Origin: Eledone cirrhosa
Lineage: Eukaryota
Assembly: GCA_964016885.1 (NCBI GenBank)
Contig: OZ024741.1
Coordinates: forward strand, 61,938,001-62,002,000
Length of the DNA: 64,000 nucleotides
Direction: 5' to 3'
The notes below the pieces were generated by a model. It saw only the letters and a program-made list of their open reading frames with translations, made no database searches and was not told the origin of the DNA. Below, piece by piece: positions 1-15,290 of the stretch; positions within the stretch are counted from its first letter, which is position 1; each line of letters starts with the position of its first letter. Made by a program: the position numbers and the translations under genes.

Positions 1-37
1 ATAATTAATTTTTATTTTTATTTATATTCCTTTTGAA

Positions 38-156
38 GTTCCGATGAGCTGCTCTATTTATACTTATGTTAATTATTTTCAACTGAACCAGATCAATAAT
101 GATATATAATCATTTGATCCAGAAATATTATATGGAGTAGCGAAACAATTGTAAAC
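38..156 (+). ncRNA. Minimal type-I hammerhead ribozyme motif (U4C core variant, long stem II), probable Penelope-like pLTR
   Basis: Stem I gtt/aac; core CCGATGA (41-47); stem II gctgctctat/atggagtagc closing a ~75-nt insert; GAAAC-aatt-GTA with palindromic ACAATTGT; cleavage triplet GUA. Confidence 0.7.
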
Positions 157-451
157 GGACATTATTATTATTAATATTATTATTATTATTCTCTACATTC
201 CTTACATCAAACAAAAATATGTTGACAATCTTTTAATAATGTCTTCCTTGTGAAATCTGTGGTCTTGATTTGCTTAATTAATGAATATTTCCAGCTCTGT
301 GCACCTAACATCTGCATGAACCCAGACACCTAGCTGCCTTCCACTGCATATTGCACATTGAGCACATGCCTTTACGCTTTGGCTTCTAAATAATTCACCA
401 ATCTCTCCTCTCCTATCTCCATCTCTCTCTTTAAGATTGGTTACTCTTGAA

Positions 452-494
<43 letters not shown>

Positions 495-498
<4 letters not shown>

Positions 499-3400
499 AC
501 CAACAATGTATCCTTCCACCATACACCCCACAACTAACAATGTATCCTTCCACCACACACCCCACAACCAACAATGTATCCTTCCACCACACACCCCACA
601 CCCAACAATGTATCCTTCCACCACACACCCCACAACCAACAATGTATCCTTCCACCACACACCCCACAACCAACAATGCATCCTTCCACCACACACCCCA
701 CAACCAACAATGTATCCTTCCACCATACACCCCACAACTAACAATGTATCCTTCCACCACACACCCCACAACCAACAATGTATCCTTCCAACACACACCC
801 CACAACCAACAATGTATCCTTCCACCATACACCCCACAACTAACAATGTATCGTTCCACCACACACCCCACACCCAACAATGTATCCTTCCACCACACCC
901 CACAACCAACAATGTATCCTTCCACCACACACCCCACAACCAACCATGTATCCTTCCACCACACACCCCACAACCAACGATGTATCCTTCCACCACACAC
1001 CCCACAACCAACGATGTATCCTTCCACCACACACCCCACAACCAACGATGTATCCTTCCACCACACACCCCACAACCAACAATGTATCCTTCCACCATAC
1101 ACCCCACAACTAACAATGTATCCTTCCACCACACACCCCACACCCAACAATGTATCCTTCCACCACACACCCCACAACCAACAATGTATCCTTACACCAC
1201 ACACCCCACAACCAACAATGCATCCTTCCACCACACACCCCACAACCAACAATGTATCCTTCCACCATACACCCCACAACTAACAATGTATCCTTCCACC
1301 ACACACCCCACAACCAACAATGTATCCTTCCACCACACACCCCACAACAAACAATGTATCCTTCCACCATACACCCCACAACTAACAATGTATCCTTCCA
1401 CCACACACCCCACAACCAACAATGTATCCTTCCACCATAGACGCCACAACCAACAATGTATCCTTCCACCACACACCCCACAACCAACAATGTATCCTTC
1501 CACCATACACCCCACAACTAACAATGTATCGTTCCACCACACACCCCACACCCAACAATGTATCCTTCCACCACACCCCACAACCAACAATGTATCCTTC
1601 CACCACACCCCACAACCAACAATGTATCCTTCCACCACACACCCCACAACCAACAATGTATCCTTCCACCATACACCCCACAACTAACAATGTATCCTTC
1701 CACCACACACCCCACACCCAACAATGTATCCTTCCACCACACCCCACAACCGACAATGTATCCTTCCACCACACACCCCACAACCAACAATGTATCCTTC
1801 CACCACACACCCCACAACCAACAATGTATCCTTCCACCACACACCCCACAACCAACAATGTATCCTTCCACCACACACCCCACAACCAACGATGTATCCT
1901 TCCACCACACACCCCACAACCAACAATGTATCCTTCCACCATACACCCCACAACTAACAATGTATCGTTCAACCACACACCCCACACCCAACAATGTATC
2001 CTTCCACCACACACCCCACAACCAACAATGTATCCTTCCACCACACACCCCACAACCAACAATGCATCCTTCCACCACACACCCCACAACCAACAATGTA
2101 TCCTTCCACCATACACCCCACAACTAACAATGTATCCTTCCACCACACACCCCACAACCAACAATGTATCCTTCCACCATACACCCCACAACTAACAATG
2201 TATCCTTCCACCATACACCCCACAACTAACAATGTATCCTTCCACCATACACACCACAACTAACAATGTATCGTTCCACCACACACCCTACACCCAACAA
2301 TGTATCCTTCCACCACACACCCCGCAACCAACAATGTATCCTTCCACCACACACCCCACAACCAACAATGCATCCTTCCACCACACACCCCACAACCAAC
2401 AATGTATCCTTCCACCATACACCCCACAACTAACAATGTATCCTTCCACCACACACCCCACAACCAACAATGTATCCTTCCACCACACACCCCACAACCA
2501 ACAATGTATCCTTCCACCATACACCCCACAACTAACAATGTATCCTTCCACCACACACCCCACAACCAACAATGTATCCTTCCACCATACACCCCACAAC
2601 CAACAATGTATCCTTCCACCACACACCCCACAACCAACAATGTATCCTTCCACCATACACCCCACAACTAACAATGTATCGGTCCACCACACACCCCACA
2701 CCCAACAATGTATCCTTCCACCACACCCCACAACCAACAATGTATCCTTCCACCACACCCCACAACCAACAATGTATCCTTCCACCACACACCCCACAAC
2801 CAACAATGTATCCTTCCACCATACACCCCACAACTAACAATGTATCGTTCCACCACACACCCCACACCCAACAAGGTATCCTTCCACCACACCCCACAAC
2901 CAACAATGTATCCTTCCACCACACACCCCACAACCAACAATGTATCCTTCCACCACACACCCCACAACCAACAATGTATCCTTCCACCACACACCCCACA
3001 ACCAACAATGTACCGTTCCACCACACACCCCACACCCAACAATGTATCCTTCCACCACACCCCACAACCAACAATGTATCCTTCCACCACACACCCCACA
3101 ACCAACAATGTATCCTTCCACCACACCCCCCACAACCAACAATGTATCCTTCCACCACACACCCCACAACCAACAATGTACCGTTCCACCACACACCCCA
3201 CACCCAACAATGTATCCTTCCACCACACACCCCACAACCAACAATGTATCCTTCCACCACACACCCCACAACCAACAATGTACCGTTCCACCACACACCC
3301 CACACCCAACAATGTATCCTTCCACCATACACCCCACAACCAACAATGTACCGTTCCACCACACACCCCACACCCAACAATGTATCCTTCCACCACACAC

Positions 3401-6400
3401 CCCACAACCAACAATGTATCCTTCCACCACACAACCTACAACCAGCAATGTATCCTTCCACCACACACTCCACAACTAACAATGTATCCTCCCACCACAC
3501 AACCAACAATGTATCCTTCCACCACACAACCTACAACCAGCAATGTATCCTTCCACCACACACTCCACAACTAACAATGTATCCTTCCACCACATATCCC
3601 ACAACCAACAATGTATCCTTCCACCACACAACCTACAACCAGCAATGTATCCTTCCACCACACACTCCACAACTAACAATGTATCCTTCCACCACACACC
3701 CCACAACCAACAATGTATCCTTCCACCACACACCCCACAACCAACAATGTATCCTTCCACCACACACCCCACAACCAACAATGTATCCTTCCACCACACC
3801 CCCCACAACCAACAATGTACCGTTCCACCACACACCCCACACCCAACAATGTATCCTTCCACCATACACCCCACAACTAACAATGTATCGTTCCACCACA
3901 CACCCTACACCCAACAATGTATCCTTCCACCACACACCCCAAAATATATTTCCACCACACACCCCACAACCAACAATGTATCCTTCCATGACACCCCCCA
4001 CACCCCACAGCATATCCTTTCACCGCACACCCCACGACGTATCCTTCCACCACAACCCATACCCCACATATCCTTCCACCAAACAACCTACAACCAGCAA
4101 TGTATCCTTCCACCACACAACCTACAACCAGCAATGTATCCTTCCACCACACACTCCACAACTAACAATGTATCCTTCCACCCCACACCCCACAACCAAC
4201 AATGTATCCTTCCACTACACACTCCACATCCAACACTGTATCCTTCCACCACACACCCCACAACCAACAATGTATCCTTTCACCCCACACCCCACAACCA
4301 ACAATGTATCCTTCCACCACACACTCCACAACCAACAATGCATCCTTCCACCACACACCCCACAATGTATCCTTCCACCCCACAACCAGTAATGTATCCA
4401 TCCACCCCGCACCCCACAACCAACAATGTATCCTTCCACCACACACCCCACAACCAACAATGTATCCTTCCACCACACACCCCACAACCAACAATGTATC
4501 CTTCCACCATACACCCCACAACTAACAATGTATTGTTCCACCACACACCCCACACCCAACAATGTATCCTTCCACCACACACCCCACAACCAACAATGTA
4601 TCCTTCTACCGCACACCCCACAACCAACAATGTATCCTTCCACCATACACCCCACAACTAACAATGTATCGTTCCACCACACACCCCACACCCAACAATG
4701 TATCCTTCCACCACACACCCCACAACCAACAATGTATCCTTCCACCACACACCCCACAACCAACAATGTATCCTTCCACCACACACCCCACAACCAACAA
4801 TGTATCCTTCCACCACACACCCCACAACCAACAATGTATCCTTCCACCACACACCCCACAACCAACGATGTATCCTTCCACCACACACCCCACAACCAAC
4901 AATGTATCCTTCCACCATACACCCCACAACTAACAATGTATCGTTCAACCACACACCCCACACCCAACAATGTATCCTTCCACCACACACCCCACAACCA
5001 ACAATGTATCCTTCCACCACACACCCCACAACCAACAATGCATCCTTCCACCACACACCCCACAACCAACAATGTATCCTTCCACCATACACCCCACAAC
5101 TAACAATGTATCCTTCCACCACACACCCCACAACCAACAATGTATCCTTCCACCACACAACCTACAACCAACAATGTATCCTTCCACCATACACCCCACA
5201 ACTAACAATGTATCCTTCCACCACACACCCACAACCAACAATGTATCCTTCCACCATACAGCCCACAACCAACAATGTATCCTTCCACCACACACCCCAC
5301 AACCAACAATGTATCCTTCCACCATACACCCCACAACTAACAATGTATCGTTCCACCACACACCCCACACCCAACAATGTATCCTTCCACCACACCCCAC
5401 AACCAACAATGTATCCTTCCACGACCCCCCCCCCCCCACACCCACAACATATCCTTTCAACGCACACCCCACGACGTATCCTTCCACCACAACCCATACC
5501 CCACATATCCTTCCACCACACAACCTACAACCAGCAATGTATCCTTCCACCACACAACCTACAACCAGCAATGTATCCTTCCACCACATACTCCACAACT
5601 AACAATGTATCCTTCCACCACACACCCCACAACCAACGATGTATCCTTCCACCACACACCCCACAACCAACGATGTATCCTTCCACCACACACCCCACAA
5701 CCAACAATGTATCCTTCCACCACACACCCCACAACCAACGATGTATCCTTCCACCACACACCCCACAACCAACAATGTATCCTTCCACCACACACCCCAC
5801 AACCAACAATGTACCGTTCCACCACACACCCCACACCCAACAATGTATCCTTCCACCCCACACCCCAAAATATATTTCCACCACACACCCCACAACCAAC
5901 AATGTATCCTTCCATGACACCCCCCCGCACCCCACAACATATCCTTTCACCGCACACCCCACGACGTATCCTTCCACCACAACCCATACCCCACATATCC
6001 TTCCACCAAACAACATACAACCAGCAATGTATCCTTCCACCACACAACCTACAACCAGCAATGTATCCTTCCACCACATACTCCACAACTAACAATGTAT
6101 CCTTCCACCACACACCCCACAACCAACAATGTATCCTTCCACTACACACTCCACATCCAACACTGTATCCTTCCACCACACACCCCACAACCAACAATGT
6201 ATCCTTTCACCCCACACCCCACAACCAACAATGTATCCTTCCACCACACACTCCACAACCAACAATGCATCCTTCCACCACACACCCCACAATGTATCCT
6301 TCCACCCCACAACCAGCAATGTATTCATCCACCCCACAACCAACAATGTATCCTTCCACCACACACCCCACAACCAACAATGTATCCTTCCACCACACAC

Positions 6401-9400
6401 CCCACAACCAACAATGTATCCTTCCACCACACACCCCACAACCAACAATGTATCCTTCCACCACACACCCCACAACCAACAATGTACCGTTCCACCACAC
6501 ACCCCACACCCAACAATGTATCCTTCCACCCCACACCCCAAAATATATTTCCACCACACACCCCACAACCAACAATGTATCCTTCCATGACACCCCCCCA
6601 CACCCCACAACATATCCTTTCACCGCACACCCCACGACGTATCCTTCCACCACAACCCATACCCCACATATCCTTCCACCAAACAACCTACAACCAGCAA
6701 TGTATCCTTCCACCACACAACCTACAACCAGCAATGTATCCTTCCACCACACACTCCACAACTAACAATGTATCCTTCCACCACACACCCCACAACCAAC
6801 AATGTATCCTTCCACCACACACCCCACAACCAACAATGTATCCTTCCACCACACACCCCACAACCAACAATGTACCGTTCCACCACACACCCCACACCCA
6901 ACAATGTATCCTTCCACCCCACACCCCAAAATATATTTCCACCACACACCCCACAACCAACAATGTATCCTTCCATGACACCCCCACACCCCACAACATA
7001 TCCTTTCACCGCACACCCCACGACGTATCCTTCCACCACAACCCATACCCCACATATCCTTCCACCAAACAACCTACAACCAGCAATGTATCCTTCCACC
7101 ACACAACCTACAACCAGCAATGTATCCTTCCACCCCACACTCCACATCCAACACTGTATCCTTCCACCACACACCCCACAACCAACAATGTATCCTTTCA
7201 CCCCACAACCAACAATGTATCCTTCCACCACACACTCCACAACCAACAATGCATCCTTCCACCACACACCCCACAATGTATCCTTCCACCCCACAACCAG
7301 CAATGTATCCATCCACCCCACACCCCACAACCAACAATGTAACCTTCCACCACACACCCCACAACCAACAATGTATCCTTCCACCACACACCCCACAACC
7401 AACAATGTATCCTTCCACCATACACCCCACAACTAACAATGTATTGTTCCACCACACACCCCACACCCAACAATGTATCCTTCCACCACACACCCCACAA
7501 CCAACAATGTATCCTTCTACCGCACACCCCACAACCAACAATGTATCCTTCCACCATACACCCCACAACTAACAATGTATCGTTCCACCACACACCCCAC
7601 ACCCAACAATGTATCCTTCCACCACACACCCCACAACCAACAATGTATCCTTCCACGACACACCCCACAACCCACAATGTATCCTTCCACCACACACCCC
7701 ACAACCAACAATGTATCCTTCCACCACACACCCCACAACCAACAATGTATCCTTCCACCACACACCCTATAACCAGCAATGTATCCTTCCACCACACACC
7801 CCACAACCAACAATGTATCCTTCCACCCCACACCCCACAACCAACGATGTATCCTTCCACCACACACCCCACAACCAACAATGTATCCTTCCACCATACA
7901 CCCCACAACTAACAATGTATCGTTCAACCACACACCCCACACCCAACAATGTATCCTTCCACCACACACCCCACAACCAACAATGTATCCTTCCACCACA
8001 CACCCCACAACCAACAATGCATCCTTCCACCACACACCCCACAACCAACAATGTATCCTTCCACCATACACCCCACAACTAACAATGTATCCTTCCACCA
8101 CACACCCCACAACCAACAATGTATCCTTCCACCACACACCCTACAACCAACAATGTATCCTTCCACCATACACCCCACAACTAACAATGTATCCTTCCAC
8201 CACACACCCCACAACCAACAATGTATCCTTCCACCATACACCCCACAACCAACAATGTATCCTTCCACCACACACCCCACAACCAACAATGTATCCTTCC
8301 ACCATACACCCTACAACTAACAATGTATCGTTCCACCACACACCCCACACCCAACAATGTATCCTTCCACCACACCCCACAACCAACAATGTATCCTTCC
8401 ACGACCCCCCGCCACACCCACAACATATCCTTTCAACGCACACCCCACGACGTATCCTTCCACCACAACCCATACCCCACATATCCTTCCACCACACAAC
8501 CTACAACCAGCAATGTATCCTTCCACCACACAACCTACAACCAGCAATGTATCCTTCCACCACATACTCCACAACTAACAATGTATCCTTCCACCCCACA
8601 CCACACAACCAACAATGTATCCTTCCACCACACACTCCACAACCAACAATGTATCCTTCCACCACACACCCCACATCCAACACTGTATCCTTCCACCACA
8701 CACCCCACAACCAACAATGTATCCTTTCACCCCACACCCCACAACCAACAATGTATCCTTCCACCACACACTCCACAACCAACAATGCATCCTTCCACCA
8801 CACACCCCACAATGTATCCTTCCACCCCACAACCAGCAATGTATCCATCCACCCCACAACCAACAATGTATCCTTCCACCACACACCCCACAACCAACAA
8901 TGTATCCTTCCACCACACACCCCACAACCAACAATGTATCCTTCCACCACACACCCCACAACCAACAATGTATCCTTCCACCATACACCCCACAACCAAC
9001 AATGTATCCTTCCACCACACACCCCACAACCAACAATGTATCCTTCCACCCCACACCCCACAACCAACAATGTATCCTTCCACCACACACCCCACAACCA
9101 ACAATGTATCCTTCCACCACACACCCCACAACCAACACTGTATCCTTCCACCCCACACCCCACAACCAACACTGTATCCTTCCGCCACACACCCCACAAC
9201 CAACAATGTATCCTTTCACCCCACACCCCACAACCAACAATGTATCCTTCCACCACACACTCCACAACCAACAATGCATCCTTCCACCACACACCCCACA
9301 ATGTATCCTTCCACCCCACAACCATCAATGTATCCATCCACCCCACACCCCACAACCAACAATGTATCCTTCCACCACACACCCCACAACCAACAATGTA

Positions 9401-10800
9401 TACTTCCACCACACACCCCACAACCAACAATGTATCCTTCCACCACACACCCCACAACCAACAATGTATCCTTCCACCATACACCCCACAACTAACAAGG
9501 TATCGTTACACCACACACCCCACACCCAACAATGTATCCTTCCACCACACACCCCACACGCAACAATGTATCCTTCCACCACACCCCACAACCAACAATG
9601 TATCCTTCCACCACACACCCCACAACCAACAATGTACCGTTCCACCACACACCCCACACCCAACAATGTATCCTTCCACCACACACCCCACAACCAACAA
9701 TGTATCCTTCCACCACACACCCCACAACCAACAATGTATCCTTCCACCACACAACCTACAACCAGCAATGTATCCTTCCACCACACACCCCACAACCAAC
9801 AATGTATCCTTCCACCATACACCCCACAACTAACAATGTATCCTTCCACCACACACCCCACAACCAACAATGTATCCTTCCACCACACACCCCACAACCA
9901 ACAATGTATCCTTCCACCACACCCCACAACCAACAATGTATCCTCCCACCATACACCCCACATCTAACAATGTATCCTTCCACCACACACCCCACAACCA
10001 ACAATGTATCCTTCCACCACACACCCCACAACCAACAATGTATCCTTCCACCACACACCCCACAACCAACAATGTATCCTTCCACCACACACCCCACAAC
10101 CAACAATGTATCTTTCCACCATACACCCCACAACTAACAATGTATCGTTCCACCACACACCCCACACCCAACAATGTATCCTTCCACCACACCCCACAAC
10201 CAACAATGTATCCTTCCACCACACACCCCACAACCAACAATGTATCCTTCCACCACACACCCCACAACCAACAATGTATCCTTCCACCCCACAACCAGCA
10301 ATGTATCCTTCCACCCCACACCCCACAACCAACAATGTATCCTTCCACCCCACACTCCACAACCAACAATGTATCCTTCCACCCCACAACCAACAATGTA
10401 TCCTTCCACCACACAACCAACAATGTATACTTCCACCACACACTCCACAACCAACAATGTATCCTTCCACCACACAACCTACAATGTATCCTTCCACCAC
10501 ACAACCTACAACCAGCAATGTATCCTTCCACCACACACTCCACAACTAACAATGTATCCTTCCACCACACACCCCACAACCAACAATGTATCTCTTCACC
10601 ACACCCCACGACACGCAATGTATCCTTCCCGTAACACCCCACAACTAATAATGTATTCTTCTTGTAACACCACATAACCAGCAATGTATCCTTCCCTTAA
10701 CACCCTACAACCAGCAATGTATCCTTCCCGTAACACCCCATAACCAACAATGTATTCTTCCACAACATGCCTCACAGCCAATAACATATCCCTCCACCAC
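495..10800. repeat. 34-bp minisatellite array (~300 units), consensus CACAACCAACAATGTATCCTTCCACCACACACCC
   Basis: Visible tandem units, degenerating at the right end; explains all overlapping ORFs in 274-10820. Confidence 0.98.
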
Positions 10801-11309
10801 AGCTGAACTATGTATTGCAATAGTGAACATCATTATATAGAAGGCAAGTAGCTATCTGTTGAATAAATGAACACATGAAAGGGCAAAATGGGGCATTAGA
10901 GAATAGGTCTTTTTTTGTTATTGTTTTGGTTGGTTTTTATTTTGGATTCTTTTTTTTAAATATCATCATTTTACATTATTTTCTGTTTTCTCTGTTTGTG
11001 TGTGAGTGTATGTGTGTATTAATAGTGTTTTATTCTTTTACTAGCTTGAGTGATTAGACTGCAGTCCTGGTAGGGGACAACCTTCATTTAGTCCATCACA
11101 TTCCACGAAGTAATTATTTTTCCTTTTAAAGTCTGGTACTTATTTTCTCAGTTTTCTTTTTGTTGAACCATTCAGTTGAAGGACACAAAACAGACACGAG
11201 TGTAAACACAGACATGTACACACATACACACAATGGGATTCTGCAGTTTCTGTCAACTACAATCCAATTGGTTGTGAAATGAGCTTCTTAACCACACTGC
11301 CATGCTTGC

Positions 11310-11353
<44 letters not shown>

Positions 11354-11504
11354 ACATGTATACTTTATATATATTATATAATATTATATATCCGTCTTTT
11401 CAAGTTGTGGCAGCAATTATTCAGAAAAGTTCACCATGGTATTGGAATGAAATAGTAATGAGAGATGTGTGGCATAGAGAGGATGAGCATTATAACTGAA
11501 GAAA

Positions 11505-11750
11505 GCAACAACAACAACAACAACAACGACAACGACAACAACAACAACAACAACAACATCATCATCAACCACAGCAAAAACAACATCAACAACAGCAAAA
11601 AGAGCAAAAGCAATGTCATGAAATACAGCAACAACAAAAGCTGCAAGAGCAACAACATCATTAGCAACAACTAAAATAACAACAGCAAAAGTAATAACTG
11701 AAATAACAACAGCAAAAGTAATAACTGAAATAACAACAGCAACATCAGAC
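11505..11750. repeat. (CAA)n-rich simple repeat
   Basis: caacaacaa runs plus a 30-bp direct duplication (aaataacaacagcaaaagtaataactg). Confidence 0.85.
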
Positions 11751-12137
11751 ACTAAGAAAGATAATACAAAAAGATTGAGAAATGAAGTCAGATAAAACTA
11801 TAGCAATAAATAAATAGCTATAAAAGAAGAAATGTGAAATAGAAAGAAAATGGTTTCACATCCATTCAAGCTGGTATTGTGTGACTATTATACCATGTCT
11901 TAGATGTATGTTTATAGCAATATACCTTGGAATACACACATATATGTATACATATGTATGTGTATACATCCATATAGATGTGTATTATCTTTTTATATAT
12001 ACACAAACATATATATATATATACACACACATGTATATAAACACACACATATATAAATATATATATACACACACATACACACTTAAATAAACACAAATAT
12101 ATATAAATATATACACATACATATTTATGCTTTACAA

Positions 12138-12216
12138 TGTATATATATATGTTTGTGTTTATATAAGTATATATATATATATATACTTATATAAACACAA
12201 ACATATATATATACAT
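12138..12216. repeat. Palindrome centred on a (TA)n tract
   Basis: atgtatatatatatgtttgtgtttatataag-(ta)n-cttatataaacacaaacatatatatatacat. Confidence 0.8.
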
Positions 12217-12303
12217 ATATAAATATATACAAACATACATATGTATATGTTTTACAATGCACATAATTTATATGCACATGTGCTATATGTGTATATACCA
12301 GTA

Positions 12304-12350
<47 letters not shown>

Positions 12351-12779
12351 TGTATATATACTTGTATATGTATGAAACTATAAGTGTCTCATTATGTAAA
12401 TGAATCTGTATGTGTCTGTTTATGTACCTGAATGTGTTTGTATGTATGGATATGTGTGTGTGCATGTATATATGCATGTGTGGTTGCTGTCTTTGCTTGC
12501 CTTCTCAACATTGTATTGCATACAAAAGAGTTGAGAAATATACATATTCCGACAGAGAGAAAGTCTGACTGAATGTGCACCTAGTACAGCAGTTTAACAT
12601 ATTTCATGCATGTAAAATAGATAAGAGGCTAAATATGAAGACAATGTGAATGCAATATAAAAGCAATATATAACACTAACCCTTGAAAAGCCAAAGGGCA
12701 AAACAATAGCGAAAATAAAACCATTTTCATTATGAATTAATTTACGATGTTAAATATTGCTAATACATGAATGTAAAGC

Positions 12780-13260
12780 CTGTGATGTACAATAGTACAC
12801 AGCTATAGAATACTGATAGAACACGAATATAAAGGGGGTGTAAATGTGTAGCGTGTCAGTGTACCCAGTGATAGAATACTGGTAGTGCATATGTGAAAAA
12901 TGTGTCAATAGTATCCATCTATAGAATACTGATAGAGTATGTGTGTAGAGTGGGTAAGCTGTGTAGTGTCAATAATACATATCTATAGAATACTGATAGA
13001 GCATGTGTGTAGAGTGTGTAAGCTGTGTAGTGTCAATAGTACCCAGCTATAGAACACTGAAAGAGAATATGTCTAATGTTTGTGGAGTGTAATAGTACCC
13101 GCCTATAGTATCTTGATAGAAAGGGTGCCTAATGTTTGTGCAGTGTAGTAGTACTCTGCTATATAATTCTGACACAGCAGGTGTATAAACTGAGTGGAGT
13201 GTGTAATGTGTGTTTAGCGCAATAAATAGTACCCAGTTATAGAATCCCATGAGAGAATGT
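12780..13260. repeat. Degenerate tandem repeat (~50-65 bp units)
   Basis: Recurring gtgtcaatagtacccagctatagaatactgatagag motif. Confidence 0.75.
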
Positions 13261-13865
13261 GTATAAAAAAAATGTTTAAAGTGCACATTTCATATTAGCC
13301 TGCTAGTTCATATTTTCTATTTGATGATGTTACTATCACAGATATTCCACTTGCAGAAAACTGGAATAATTTTTAATTCAAAGCTTTTTAAGTATTTGTT
13401 CAAATCTCCAGCATGTTTTAGAGTTAAGGAAAATAAAATAAATAACATAAGATATAACAGAATAAAGATAAACTAAAGCTTTGAATATTTAACTCCAAAC
13501 ATTGAGAAATTTGATTGATGTTAAATAATTTCAAACATTGAAACATTAATTGAGATAACTGACAAACTAGAACGATTATGTAAATAAATGAATAAATGGA
13601 AAGAAAAAGAAGGAAAATAAAGTAGCCATTTTAAATATTAAAACAAAATAAAGTATGAAAATATATATAAACAAACAACCAATATAAAACAAACATCTGA
13701 GACGAAGGGTGAATGACCTCTCTTTTTTCTTCTGTCGCTCTCCCTCCCTGTCTTACCTCCTCCTCTCTCATCTTTCTCTCTATATACACACATATATATA
13801 TAAATATATATATGGCTATAGGACCAACAGTTGTTTGCAGGGAAAACTGATGTTAGTTAAATAAT

Positions 13866-13894
13866 TGTTTCTACTTTTGGCACAAGGCCAGCAA
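13866..13894 (-). mobile_element. Extremely 5'-truncated SINE 3' tail with 18-bp TSD
   Basis: Reverse complement of the tail ttgctggccttgtgcc.aaagtagaaaca seen in SINEs at 55181 and 56326; flanked by tgatgttagttaaataat at 13848-13865 and 13895-13912. Confidence 0.75.
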
Positions 13895-14204
13895 TGATGT
13901 TAGTTAAATAATGATGATACAATATATATATATATATATATATACACACACTCAAATATATATAGACATTCACAAAGTTATTAATATCATCTATCATATT
14001 ATTAGACAAATACACATAACTGCATTCTTTTCTTTTGTTAAATATCCTGGGAAGATAATATATTGTGCTATGGAAACATAATAGAACAAAAAAAAGAAAA
14101 GCTACTTTTTGATTGTGTCTTTGATATGTTCCTAACAAAGCATGTTACTTTGTAATTACATGCAGAGAGATAGCAGTTTACATTGTTATTGTTGTATGAT
14201 GTTT

Positions 14205-14390
14205 GTGTACAAAGAGCAATGTTGCATGGTAGAGACATGGGCTTTGAATGCAGAGGATGACTGAAGGTTTGAAAGAAATGAATCAAGCATGCGTCATTGA
14301 ATATGTAATGTGAATGTGTATAAACGACAAAGCACAGATAATTTGAAAGAAAAACTGGATGTAAAAGGAATCAGTTGTAGGAGAGATGGA
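14205..14390 (+). mobile_element. Degenerate RTE LINE 3' fragment
   Basis: gcaatgttgcatggtagagacatggg resembles the MLHGSETW region of the 40.1-kb element; frameshifted. Confidence 0.65.
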
Positions 14391-14494
14391 AACTGTTTAT
14401 AAGGCCACCAGATGGAGTAATTTTAAGGGCCAACTATATCACACTATGTCATGCTGAATCTGAGAATTATGTCCAGGGTACATATATCTGCAAA

Positions 14495-14775
14495 TGTATG
14501 TGACTTAGTGGATGGGGTGTTTGATTCATGGTCATAACGATGAGTTTGATGCTCAGAGGTGTGTTGTGTCCTTCAGCAATACACTTTATTTTGCATTGTT
14601 CCAGCCCACTCAAATGGAAATAATTAGTTACATAAGTGATTCAAAGGGCCAGCTTTGTTACACACTGTGTCACTCTGAATTTTCCTGAAAACTACATTAA
14701 GGGTATACGTACTTGTGTTATGCTCAGTCACTTGCACATTAATTTCACAAAGAGGCTGTTCCATTGATGAAATAA
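14495..14775 (+). mobile_element. Degenerate tRNA-derived SINE (family with ccttgagcaagacactt core)
   Basis: A-box-like tgacttagtgg, gtgtccttcagcaatacactttattt core; similar to 59235-59530. Confidence 0.65.
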
Positions 14776-14809
14776 AACACATGGAGGTTCAACAATATGC
14801 AGAGATATA

Positions 14810-15290
14810 CCAGTATACAGTGTTGGTGATGTACAATGTTGTATGGTAAAGAGACAGACCTTTTGGAAATAGAACATATGTGAAGGCTAGAGAGAACAAA
14901 CCAAGCATGATCCACTAGATGTGTAATATTAATGTGTATAAACAATGAAGATTAGATAAGTTGAGAGAGAGAATGGATATAAGAATCAGATATGGTGTGC
15001 AATAAGGAGACATCGTTGGTATGGACATGTGACGTGTATGAGTGATGATTGTTTAGTGAATATGTGCCAGGAGTTCCAGATAGAAGGAAGATATGTAAGA
15101 AGTAGGCTGAAGAAGATTTGGACCGAGATGGTTATAGTTGACCTCAGAACACTGAAGCAAACAAAAGAGACTAATGTGGTAGAAGTAGGCCAATGAAAAC
15201 TTTGGCAGAAGTAGTGACAGTGGATCTCAAGAAGCTTAACTGCACAAAGGTATGACACATTATTCAATGCTGTACCAAAATGTTGCATAC
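14810..15290 (+). mobile_element. Degenerate RTE LINE 3' fragment
   Basis: cgttggtatggacatgtgacgtgtatg (RWYGHV) motif with stops and frameshifts. Confidence 0.65.

Noticed and set aside
495-10800. CRISPR-like regular repeats (also 21597-24780 and 28015-28232)
   Set aside because: Units are head-to-tail with no unique spacers; eukaryotic context, no cas genes.
274-10820. Dozens of long His/Pro/Thr-rich or Gly/Val/Cys/Trp-rich ORFs
   Set aside because: Produced in all six frames by a 34-bp (non-triplet) minisatellite with frequent indels; no coding signature.
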